From Cytophagaceae bacterium (GTDB lineage Bacteria > Bacteroidota > Bacteroidia > Cytophagales > Spirosomataceae), in the NCBI GenBank assembly GCA_027486845.1, contig JAIXOL010000078.1, positions 131,047 to 195,046 of the forward strand: 64,000 bases of DNA, given 5' to 3'. The notes under the pieces are model-generated. The model ran no database searches and had not been told where the DNA came from. It saw nothing but the letters and a program-made list of their open reading frames with translations. Position numbers and translations under genes: made by a program. Below are positions 9,904 through 18,895 of the stretch, in pieces (the first letter of the stretch is position 1; every line of letters starts with the position of its first letter).

Positions 9904-11208
9904 TTATTTTCCGCCGATTCCGTATTTTTCGACGTATTTTTTATAAAGTCTTTTTTGTTTATCATCAAGGTCAATTTTCTTGCCTCTAATAAAGGCATAG
10001 CTTACTCTGTTTGTACGCATATCCAAAATATCACCTTCTGAAACTGCAATAGTTGCATGTTTTCCTACTTCGAGTGTCCCTACTTGTTTGTCAATCCCTA
10101 AAATTTTAGCATTATTGATTGTAATCATTTTTAAAGCATCTTCTTTATCCATACCAAATGCAGCACTTGTTCCAGCTACAAATGGTAAATTACGAGTTTT
10201 ATAAAATTCTTCAGTATAGAACATGCCTGTAAGAACTCCAGCTTTCATTAAACGATTTGGAAGCTTATATGGATTCCAAACATCTTCATCTGCTGTATTT
10301 GGTAAGCGATGCGTAGGTGAAACAATCACCGGTATATTGTTGGTTTTTAAGAAATCGAGAGCTAAATCAGCTTCTTCACCGCCTACTACAACAATGTTTT
10401 TGATTTTGAATTTCTGTGCCATTTGGCAGGCTTCAATTATTTCTTTACCATAGTTTGTACGAATAAAAAGCTTTTTTGAGCCATCAAATAAACCCTTCAT
10501 TGCTTCGAGCTTAGCATTTTTAGGATTTGGATTGTTTATTTCACTGTAAGCAAGTGCGTCAGCAATAAATCCTTGAAGTTCATTTTTTTGTTCAATATAT
10601 TTTTCATTCTTTTTTACTACAAATCTTGCATCTTCGGCACTAAACTGACGAGCCATCAAGGCTGGGTAACTTAACCAAACACCATCATCTTTTTTGAGTG
10701 CAGCGTCTTCCCAGTTCCAGCCATCATATTCCATTACAGAGGAAGTTCCTGAAATAATTCCACCTTCAGGAGTTGTTTGGCCTATCAAAACGCCATTGCC
10801 ACGGACCGTCGGGATAACTTCCGAATCGGTGTTGTGTGCTATCAATGCACGAATGTTCGGGTTGAATTGACCAGTTTCAGCTTGGTCGAAAGTTGAACGT
10901 ACTGAACCAATATCAATAAGACCGAGTAAAGCCGCAGGTGCGATAATGCCAGGGTAAACAGATTTTCCAGCAACACTTATTACTTCGGTTGCATTTTTAT
11001 CAAAACTTGTATTGGCATCACCGATAGCAGTAATGACTCCTTTATCAAAAACAATCGTGCCGTTCTGAATGATTTTCCCATCACCAACGTGGATTGTTCC
11101 ACCAACCAAAGCAATTTGTTTTGACTGCGGAGGAGCTGGTGCTGGGTTTTGGGCAAAAACGCCAAAATTAATTAATAGTAAGCTTAGAAGTGATAAATGT
11201 TTTTTCAT
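9904..11208 (-). CDS. Secreted amidohydrolase family protein (metal-dependent hydrolase)
   Basis: The start is taken at MKKHLSLLSLLLINFGVFAQ (signal peptide). It has a beta-sandwich N-terminus (GGTIHVGDG...VFDKGVI) and the C-terminal amidohydrolase block GTLEVGKHATIAV. Confidence 0.8.
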   Translation of the reverse strand: MKKHLSLLSLLLINFGVFAQNPAPAPPQSKQIALVGGTIHVGDGKIIQNGTIVFDKGVITAIGDANTSFDKNATEVISVAGKSVYPGIIAPAALLGLIDIGSVRSTFDQAETGQFNPNIRALIAHNTDSEVIPTVRGNGVLIGQTTPEGGIISGTSSVMEYDGWNWEDAALKKDDGVWLSYPALMARQFSAEDARFVVKKNEKYIEQKNELQGFIADALAYSEINNPNPKNAKLEAMKGLFDGSKKLFIRTNYGKEIIEACQMAQKFKIKNIVVVGGEEADLALDFLKTNNIPVIVSPTHRLPNTADEDVWNPYKLPNRLMKAGVLTGMFYTEEFYKTRNLPFVAGTSAAFGMDKEDALKMITINNAKILGIDKQVGTLEVGKHATIAVSEGDILDMRTNRVSYAFIRGKKIDLDDKQKRLYKKYVEKYGIGGK

Positions 11209-11380
11209 TGAATAGGTGTTAGTTTGATGAACAAATTTTGTGAAAAATACGGGTATTTCCAAATATCTATTCCATTTAATTGCATATTAATAAAACACAC
11301 TAAAAAGCAGGTTTATTATTCAGAAAAAGTTTTGTTTTTTGGCTTTATTTTTAATTATTTGAACTTTTCAGAGTGAAATA

Positions 11381-11835
11381 ATGAGTAAATTATATACAAA
11401 TTTATCGAATTTTTATCATGAAATATATCAAACGCTGTTTGATTACGACGAAGAGTTTAAGTTTTACGATGAGTAATTAAGGGATAACGTGATTAAGAGC
11501 ATTGTTGAACTAGGCTGTGGTACTAGAAATTAAGCCAAAATATTTCCTGAAGCAGCATTTAATGATATTGGAATTGACTCATTTGATGAAATGCTAATAA
11601 TTACAAAAACGGCTGCCCCGAAGGTGAAATTTCTTAAAGTTGTTGAACTGAAAGAAAAAATTGTGTAATAATTAAAGGCAGAAGTATGAGTTATTTGACC
11701 AGTAAAAATGATTTAATGAAAGCCTATACTTTTAATGTATTAATCAATAATTTAGAAAAAATTAGAATAGGTGTTAATCTTCAATTATATTTTAAAAATG
11801 CAAAAGTTTTTGTTTTTAATTATGCTTTTAAGTAA
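11381..11835 (+). pseudogene. Decayed class I SAM-dependent methyltransferase
   Basis: From ATG 11381 the frame reads MSKLYTNLSNFYHEIYQTLFDYDEEFKFYDE*LRDNVIKSIVELGCGTRN*AKIFPEAAFNDIGIDSFDEMLIITK. The in-frame stops are TAA 11474-11476 and a TAA inside motif I (ELGCGT). After a frameshift it continues IIKGRSMSYLTSKNDLMKAY. Confidence 0.55.
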
Positions 11836-11845
11836 TGAGATAAGA

Positions 11846-11957
11846 TTAATCGACAAATTGAAATGATGCAACTTTTTGATTTTAGTGTTTTATCGCTTTC
11901 GCATCTCTTGTCTCATATTCCTGCGGTGAACCGTCTCATTTCTTTTGTCTCAGTGCC
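11846..11957 (+). repeat. Long copy of the dispersed intergenic repeat (GTCTCA-tail variant)
   Basis: TTAATCGACAAATTGAAATG...AGTGTTTTATCGCTTTCGCATCTCTTGTCTCATATTCCTGCGGTGAACCGTCTCATTTCTTTTGTCTCAG. It shares the head and the AGTGTTTTAT core with the copy at 33570-33655. Confidence 0.55.
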
Positions 11958-11971
11958 TAATTTTAAAAATT

Positions 11972-12006
11972 AAAAAAGGCTTTGAGATTCTCAAAGCCTT
12001 TTTTAA
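11972..12006. terminator. Terminator hairpin downstream of the large amidohydrolase gene
   Basis: AAAAAAGGCTTTGAGA-TTC-TCAAAGCCTTTTTT, a palindromic stem flanked by an A-run and a T-run. Confidence 0.7.
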
Positions 12007-12021
12007 TTATATGATGATTAA

Positions 12022-15000
12022 TTACTCAGTTCCCTTGAATAAATTTTCTCCAAATATACGTCCACCAGAAGCACAGCGACTGCAATCTTCAGTATCACCC
12101 ATTTCAAGAATTGTATCACAATGAATGTGTTGATTTCTTCTTGGTACTGCTCTTTGCGTTGGACTTCCAGTTGCTTTCTCAGAAAGCATTTTCAACATAA
12201 TTCTATTACGTTCTTTGGCTAAATTTTCACGCATTTGTTCATCCTTTTCAATATCGAAATAAACGGTTCCTTCGATTATCGTCTTTTCAGGACGAGCATA
12301 GATTGAAAGCGGATTATTATTCCATAATACAACATCGGCATCTTTTCCAACTTTGATACTTCCCAAACGATTTTCTAAATGAAGCATTTTTGCTGGATTG
12401 AGTGTTATCATTTTCCATGCTTCTTGTTCGCTCATTCCACCATAAAGTACAGTTTTTGCTGCCTCTTGATTCAAACGACGAGCCATTTCTGCATCATCCG
12501 AATTGATTGCCGTAGTTACACCAACTTTAGCCAAAATAGCTGCATTATGTGGAATCGCCTCTTTTACTTCCATTTTATAAGCCCACCAGTCAGAGAAGGT
12601 CGAAGCATTTACGCCATGTTCTTTCATTTTATCGGCTACTTTATAACCTTCCATGATATGCGTGTAAGTATTAATATTGAAGTTGAAAGACTCTGCCACT
12701 TTCATCAACATATTGATTTCAGATTGTACATAAGAGTGACAGGTGATGAAACGTTTTTTGTTAAGAATTTCTACCAAAGCATCTAACTCGATATCACGAC
12801 GTGGTGGAGTTACACCGGTTTTGTTTGCAAGAGCGTTGTAATCTTTCCATGCTTTTTCGTATTCTTTTGCACGTTGGAAAGCATCAGTATAAACTTGCTC
12901 AACACCCATACGAGTTTGTGGGAAACGACCAGATGGCGATGGATTATTCCCATTTTTAACGTTTTCACCCAAAGCAAATTTAATGAAGCCATCAGCACCT
13001 TTAATAAGTAAATTATTAGGATTTTCGCCCCATTTCAATTTTATCAAAGCCGATTGACCACCGATACAGTCAGCAGAACCATGTAATAATTGTGAAGACG
13101 TAACGCCACCGGCCAATTGACGATAAATATTAATATCTTCAGAATTTAAAGCATCTTCTTGACGAACTTCAGAAGAAATAGTCTGCACTTCGTTTATTGA
13201 AAACAAAGCAATATGCGAGTGTTCATCAAAAATACCATTGGTTAAGTGCTTACCAGTACCATCAAGAGTTTTGCTTCCTGCTGGAGCAGTTAAGTTTTTA
13301 CCAACTTGAGCAATTTTTCCATTTTGCAATAAAACGTCCGTATTTGTAACAATTCCTTCTTTTTCGTTGGTCCAAACAGTTGCATTCTTGATTAAGAGTG
13401 TCTCCTGTTGTGGTTTTTGCTCGCTACCATAGGCTGTAAAAGGATAAAGAACTTTACTAATCTGAGGAACTCTCGCTTTGGATGTATCTTTCTTAACCAC
13501 TTCTGCTTTGGCAGCTTCTTTGAAAGTAGCTTCCCATTTTACATGCTTGCCATCACCTAAAATTGCCTCACCTTTAATATTTTTGCCATCGTAATAGCCA
13601 CTTAAACGAGTTTCGTTAGCATCTTTTTTATCGAGTTTTGTAGTTATTGTAAGTAAATCGCTGATACGGCTTACTTTTGGTGTAGATTTTACGGTGTCAT
13701 TGCTGATAAACTGAAAATCAGGTTTGTCAATTTTACCAGTAATATTGAGTTTAAAATTTGTTTTTTCATCAATTTTTAAGTCATAAACACCTCTAATATC
13801 AGTCACACTCATATCACTCAAGATATAACGTTTGCCTTGTACCCAGTTTTCGTAAATTACATTGTCTTTATTGAAAAGATTATCAGAAGTAATAATAAAG
13901 TTAGCCAACATTCCTTTTTTCAAGCTACCAACCATATTATCTACTTTCAATAATTTAGCTGGGGCAGAGGTAAGTGCTTCGAGTGCTTTGTTTTCTGGTA
14001 AACCATTTTCGATTGCTTTACGAAGGTTCGCCCAAAAATCTGATTTATTTTTTAAACCTGCAGTAGTAAAGGCAAAATTTACACCTGATTTGGCTAAAAT
14101 ACTTGCATTAGCTGGTGCCATTTCCCAGTGTTTCATTTCGGTTAGGCTTACCATCGACGCATCGAATGGGTCTTCAACATCGTAGGCAGAAGGGAAATTG
14201 AGAGGTAGGATTAATGAATTTCCTAAACCTTTTATTTCATCGATTCTTTGATATTCATCGCCTACACCTTTGATGATATATTGAACGCCAAATTCTTTGC
14301 CAATTTTATCAGCTCTCAAAACAGCCAACTTATCAGTCGCTTCGTAGATTTGTGGAAGTGATTGCATTTCGTTGAAAGCATCTAAAGAAAGATTTTTTTC
14401 TTGTGATTCCCCTCCTTTTTTATACCATTCTGCATCATAATAAGTTTGACGAAGCAATGCTACTGCACCCATCAACGAAACTGGATAAGATTGCGTTGAG
14501 GTGCCTTTATTGAGTGAATAATGGGCAGAAGATTTTGCTTTCAAGAGTACGTTATGCTCTTTGTCGTCGGCGTAAGAAACAAAGGCTGATGTTCCACGAA
14601 CAATGCCATCTGCCATATGTACTGCTGCACTTCCGAAACCGATTTTACGCATTTCTTCTGCTTTTGCAGAATTTACTTTAAATTCTACAGTTGCATCAAC
14701 TTCAGGTTTTACTGCCTGATTCCAGTCATAAGCCCCTTTTTTATTAGTTTCTAGTTGAGGAGTACCTCCAAAACCTCTACCACCACCAATTGGACGTTGA
14801 ATTTCTGGTAAACCGTAATCTGAATAAATATCAATCAAAGATGGGTAAATTCTTTTGCCTTTGAGGTCATAAACTACTGTTCCTGCTGGAACTTGAAGGT
14901 CTTTTCCAACTGACTCAATAAAACCATTTTTGATATAAATCATGGCATTGTCAAGAACTGTCTGTGCATCAACTACAATAGTGGCATTCTTGAATGCATA

Positions 15001-15105
15001 TTGCGATGGTCTTTCGTCATAGACGCCATTCCTTTGAAAGGTGACTTGAGAAAAAACAGAGCCAGAGATGAGCGAAACAATGAGTAAAGTAAGAAGTTTT
15101 CTCAT
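12022..15105 (-). CDS. Large secreted amidohydrolase family protein (two amidohydrolase-like halves)
   Basis: 1027-aa ORF with the signal peptide MRKLLTLLIVSLISGSVFSQ. It has two halves of similar layout (a beta-sandwich N-part followed by a metal-hydrolase-type part) with the H-x-H block FDEHSHIAL, and its C-terminal half ends GSIKVGKDADVVLW. Confidence 0.8.
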   Translation of the reverse strand: MRKLLTLLIVSLISGSVFSQVTFQRNGVYDERPSQYAFKNATIVVDAQTVLDNAMIYIKNGFIESVGKDLQVPAGTVVYDLKGKRIYPSLIDIYSDYGLPEIQRPIGGGRGFGGTPQLETNKKGAYDWNQAVKPEVDATVEFKVNSAKAEEMRKIGFGSAAVHMADGIVRGTSAFVSYADDKEHNVLLKAKSSAHYSLNKGTSTQSYPVSLMGAVALLRQTYYDAEWYKKGGESQEKNLSLDAFNEMQSLPQIYEATDKLAVLRADKIGKEFGVQYIIKGVGDEYQRIDEIKGLGNSLILPLNFPSAYDVEDPFDASMVSLTEMKHWEMAPANASILAKSGVNFAFTTAGLKNKSDFWANLRKAIENGLPENKALEALTSAPAKLLKVDNMVGSLKKGMLANFIITSDNLFNKDNVIYENWVQGKRYILSDMSVTDIRGVYDLKIDEKTNFKLNITGKIDKPDFQFISNDTVKSTPKVSRISDLLTITTKLDKKDANETRLSGYYDGKNIKGEAILGDGKHVKWEATFKEAAKAEVVKKDTSKARVPQISKVLYPFTAYGSEQKPQQETLLIKNATVWTNEKEGIVTNTDVLLQNGKIAQVGKNLTAPAGSKTLDGTGKHLTNGIFDEHSHIALFSINEVQTISSEVRQEDALNSEDINIYRQLAGGVTSSQLLHGSADCIGGQSALIKLKWGENPNNLLIKGADGFIKFALGENVKNGNNPSPSGRFPQTRMGVEQVYTDAFQRAKEYEKAWKDYNALANKTGVTPPRRDIELDALVEILNKKRFITCHSYVQSEINMLMKVAESFNFNINTYTHIMEGYKVADKMKEHGVNASTFSDWWAYKMEVKEAIPHNAAILAKVGVTTAINSDDAEMARRLNQEAAKTVLYGGMSEQEAWKMITLNPAKMLHLENRLGSIKVGKDADVVLWNNNPLSIYARPEKTIIEGTVYFDIEKDEQMRENLAKERNRIMLKMLSEKATGSPTQRAVPRRNQHIHCDTILEMGDTEDCSRCASGGRIFGENLFKGTE

Positions 15106-15464
15106 GGAGTAGGTTTAGGATATTTGATGAATGAATGATATTGCGAATTTGACAAATTTTAATCAATAAACAAAACTATTAATGTTTTTGTAGCCTTAAT
15201 AGCCGAATCACCCGAAAATTATTGCTAAAGGTGAATTTTAATCGACAAAAGCAAATATGTCGTGAGTCAGTTTTTTAAATTAAAATTAATTATCTTTTTA
15301 AGAATTCTGGAATGAAATAATTCGAGATTAGGTTAGAGAAATAAGAAAGGTGTATCAAGAGTAAATAAGGTGAAATTGAATGTAGTAGCACTTACTGAAA
15401 AAAAATGAAAAAATTTGCTACGTATTTGAATTGTACAATAAAATTATTAAGTAAAAAAACTAAA

Positions 15465-16607
15465 ATGACGATACACAAAAATATAGTTATCGGTGCGGGG
15501 CCTTCGGGTTTATCTATTGCTGGACGATTGAGCAAATTAGGTATTCCATATGTTCTTTTGGAAAAATCAGAGAACGTTGGAAACGAATGGCGGAATCATT
15601 ATGACCGTCTCAGATTGCACACTGATAAAGTTCATTCTGCCTTGCCTCATTTGCCATTTCCTGCCGATTTTCCAACTTTTGTGCCAAAAGACCAATATAT
15701 TCAATACCTAGAATCATATATTGAGCATTTCAAAATTCAACCAATTTATAAGCAAGAAGTTGTAGATATCGCAAAGAAGGAGGAGATTTGGCATGTAAAA
15801 ACCACAAGTGATGAGTTTTTAGCTGAAAATGTAATTGTTTCAACAGGGTATAACCGAGTGCCGAAAATTCCGCATTTTATTAACGATGTTTTGTTTGAAG
15901 GAGAAATCATTCATTCTAGCTTATATAAAAATGGCAAATGCTTAGCTGGCAAGAATGTTTTAGTTGTTGGTTATGGAAATTCAGGAGCTGAAATCGCCCT
16001 TGATTTATACGAAAGTGGAGCAAAAACCTTTGTCTCAATTAGGAACCCAGTAAATATTGTAAATCGAGAGTTTCTGGGTCGTTCTACGCAAGGATTAGCT
16101 ATTTTTCTTTCAAAATTTGGCAATTCGTTTTATGATTTTATTTCTAAAATTTTCAAGCGACTTTCTACTGGCTCGATGAAAGGTACAGGTATTCCGATTT
16201 CTCCACTTGCTCCTTCCGAACAACTCAGAAAACAAGGCAAAGTACCAGTGATTGATGTTGGTACATTACAGCAAATTAAGGAAAAGAATATTGTTGTTTT
16301 ACCTGATATTCAAGAGTTTACACATGAGGAGGTTATATTTAAAGATGGCCAACACATTAAATTTGATGTTGTGTTGTTAGCAACAGGCTACCATGCACAT
16401 TTAGAAAAAATAGTGAAAAATATTGCTCCTTTACTCAATGAGCGTGCTTATCCAAAAGAGATGTGGAATGATTCCGAAACCTACAAAGGATTATACTTTT
16501 TAGGCTTTAATTTACCTCTAACGGGTATTCTTAGAGATATTAGTTTAAGTTCTGAAAAAATTGCTCAAAAAATCTTGGATTCTGAAAAAAAACAAAAACT
16601 ATCTTAA
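15465..16607 (+). CDS. FAD/NAD(P)-binding flavin-containing monooxygenase-like oxidoreductase
   Basis: The start is taken at MTIHKNIVIGAGPSGL (GxGxxG). There is a second dinucleotide motif (VLVVGYGNSGAEIA) and an ATG(Y)-type C-terminal block (LLATGY). Confidence 0.8.
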   Translation: MTIHKNIVIGAGPSGLSIAGRLSKLGIPYVLLEKSENVGNEWRNHYDRLRLHTDKVHSALPHLPFPADFPTFVPKDQYIQYLESYIEHFKIQPIYKQEVVDIAKKEEIWHVKTTSDEFLAENVIVSTGYNRVPKIPHFINDVLFEGEIIHSSLYKNGKCLAGKNVLVVGYGNSGAEIALDLYESGAKTFVSIRNPVNIVNREFLGRSTQGLAIFLSKFGNSFYDFISKIFKRLSTGSMKGTGIPISPLAPSEQLRKQGKVPVIDVGTLQQIKEKNIVVLPDIQEFTHEEVIFKDGQHIKFDVVLLATGYHAHLEKIVKNIAPLLNERAYPKEMWNDSETYKGLYFLGFNLPLTGILRDISLSSEKIAQKILDSEKKQKLS

Positions 16608-16662
16608 TAACAGAATGATGAATTTAAAACATAGAAGCTTGTAAGTTTCACGCATTATATTT

Positions 16663-16694
16663 GAAACGCCGAAAATCAACATTTTCGGCGTTTC
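16663..16694. terminator. Terminator hairpin between convergent genes
   Basis: GAAACGCCGAAAAT-CAAC-ATTTTCGGCGTTTC, a 14-bp perfect stem. Confidence 0.7.
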
Positions 16695-16774
16695 GAATTT
16701 AAAATCAAATAAAAAACCTCTCAAGCAAGCACGTGAGTGGTTTATTGTAAAATATGCTGGCAATAAAATAGAGT

Positions 16775-18877
16775 CTAAGGAAGTGCGAATGCTACATATT
16801 TATTGCCTTTTTTTGTGCCAAGTTTAGTGCCTCCACAAGCTATTACTATATATTGCTTACCATTCACTTGATAGGTAGATGGGGTAGCAAAACCAGCTGC
16901 AGGCAATTTTGTTTCCCAAAGTAACTTTCCAGTTTTTTTATTAAATGCTCTAAACATACCATCTTTTGTAGCGGCTATGAATAGAAGTCCGCTTGCTGTT
17001 ATAACTGGCCCTCCGTAATTTTCTACGCCTGTATTGTCAATGCCTTTTTCTTTCAGAGTTTCTTCAAAACCAAATGGTATTTTCCATAAAAAATCTCCTG
17101 TGTTCAAGTCAATAGCACTCATTGTACCCCACGGTGGAGAGATAGCAGGTAAACCTTTATTATCTAAAAACTTGTTATATCCAGTACTTTTGAAAGGTAA
17201 AAATACAGGTTTTGTATTTTTGGTAGAGATTCCTACTTCTTTTTTCTCATCACCGAATAAAAAAGAAACAATTGCTTGCTTTTCGGTAGCCGAAAGTGCT
17301 GTAAAACCTGGCATCATTCCTTTACCGTTGGTAATAATATTGGTCACAAATGTTTTATCTCGTTTTTTTGAAATATCTATCAATGAAGGATAATTCGATG
17401 TAGGATTACCCTTTCGGTCTGTTCCATGGCAGCTATTACAATAAGAAATATAAAGTTTTTCGCCTGCACTAAAATTGGCGGTTTTATCTTCTTTGGGTGT
17501 TTCTATCATTGTTTGAATCCATGCCATTTCGTTGGCATTTACGTAAAGAATACCTTCGGGGTCAGCAGCTGCACCGCCCCATTCTGCACCACCATCATAG
17601 CCTGGCAAAATCACTGTTCCTTCTTTAGTACCCGGGTGATAAAGTGAAGTTTTGTATTTCTTGAAATTTTGCACTAATTCTGCACGATTTTCAGCAAAAG
17701 GACTAATTTGAGTTTCGTCTAAACTATTAGATTGTCGTGCAAATGGTGCTGGTTTAGTCGGAATCGGCTGAGTTGGCCAAGTAATTTCTCCTTCTAATGT
17801 TGACTTCGGAACTGGTATTTCTTTTATTGGAAAAATCGGTTTGCCAGTTACTCTGTCAAACACAAAAACAAAACCTTGTTTGGTAACTTGAGCCACAACA
17901 TCAATTCTTTTTCCATTGCGAGTTATTGTCATCAAATTTGGGGGTGCTGGTAAATCTCTGTCCCAAATATCATGATGTGTTGTCTGAAAGTGCCATAATC
18001 GCTTACCAGAACGAGCATCGAGTGCTAAAAGGCAATTTGCAAAAAGATTTTGCCCATTACGGTTTCCACCATAAAAATCGTAGCCAGCTGAACCAGTAGG
18101 TACATATATTATACCTCTTTTGCGGTCAACGGCCATTCCTGCCCAATTATTTGCCGCTCCTGTATAGGTATTTTTATAAGCATCTTTCGGAAAAGTTTCG
18201 TAGCCAAATTCACCAGGGTAGGGTATCGTATGAAAAGTCCAAGCCAATTTTCCAGTTTTAACATTAAACGCTCTAATATCGCCTGGAGCAGCATCCGCAC
18301 CCTCTGAAAGTCGAAGTGGCATTACTATTAAATCTTCAAAAATTGTTCCTGGTGTATTTGAAATAACGAATTTGTTTTGTGCAACTTCGGGCAAGCCTGT
18401 ATGTAAATCTGTTTTTCCTCTATCACCAAACGTTTCAATTGGTTTTCCAGTTTTTGCATTTAAAGCCCAAAGGTTTGGCCCAACAGTGCATAAAATTCTT
18501 CCGTCGTCGCCTTCTTGCCAATAAGTTACACCTCGACTTGTACTAGCCCAGTTTTTGTGTGGGTCGCCAAAACGCCAGATTTCTTTACCTGTAGCTGCAT
18601 CGAGTGCAAATGCCTGAACAGCAGAGCTTACACCGTATAAAACATCACCTACAATAATCGGATTTACTTGCATTTGTCCCGAATCGGGTGTCGAATAAGT
18701 CCATGCAACTTGAAGTTTGTTTACATTTTCTGGTTTAATTTGAGTTAAGGTTGAATAATGGTTTCGGTCTGCACCCCCTAAATACTCGGCCCAATCTACA
18801 TCATCGGGCAAGGAGTTAATTTGGAGTGCCGAAGCAATGATAAATACAATTACGCCAATCAGTATTTTAGGTTTCAT
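16775..18877 (-). CDS. PQQ-dependent dehydrogenase (beta-propeller) with an embedded c-type cytochrome domain
   Basis: 700-aa ORF with a signal/anchor sequence and PQQ-propeller W-motif repeats (LWHFQTTHHDIWDRD, GDFLWKIPFG, GKLLWETKLP). The haem-c site CNSCH is encoded at 17426-17440 (about residue 480). Confidence 0.8.
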   Translation of the reverse strand: MKPKILIGVIVFIIASALQINSLPDDVDWAEYLGGADRNHYSTLTQIKPENVNKLQVAWTYSTPDSGQMQVNPIIVGDVLYGVSSAVQAFALDAATGKEIWRFGDPHKNWASTSRGVTYWQEGDDGRILCTVGPNLWALNAKTGKPIETFGDRGKTDLHTGLPEVAQNKFVISNTPGTIFEDLIVMPLRLSEGADAAPGDIRAFNVKTGKLAWTFHTIPYPGEFGYETFPKDAYKNTYTGAANNWAGMAVDRKRGIIYVPTGSAGYDFYGGNRNGQNLFANCLLALDARSGKRLWHFQTTHHDIWDRDLPAPPNLMTITRNGKRIDVVAQVTKQGFVFVFDRVTGKPIFPIKEIPVPKSTLEGEITWPTQPIPTKPAPFARQSNSLDETQISPFAENRAELVQNFKKYKTSLYHPGTKEGTVILPGYDGGAEWGGAAADPEGILYVNANEMAWIQTMIETPKEDKTANFSAGEKLYISYCNSCHGTDRKGNPTSNYPSLIDISKKRDKTFVTNIITNGKGMMPGFTALSATEKQAIVSFLFGDEKKEVGISTKNTKPVFLPFKSTGYNKFLDNKGLPAISPPWGTMSAIDLNTGDFLWKIPFGFEETLKEKGIDNTGVENYGGPVITASGLLFIAATKDGMFRAFNKKTGKLLWETKLPAAGFATPSTYQVNGKQYIVIACGGTKLGTKKGNKYVAFALP

Positions 18878-18895
18878 ATTTTAAGGTTGATTAGA

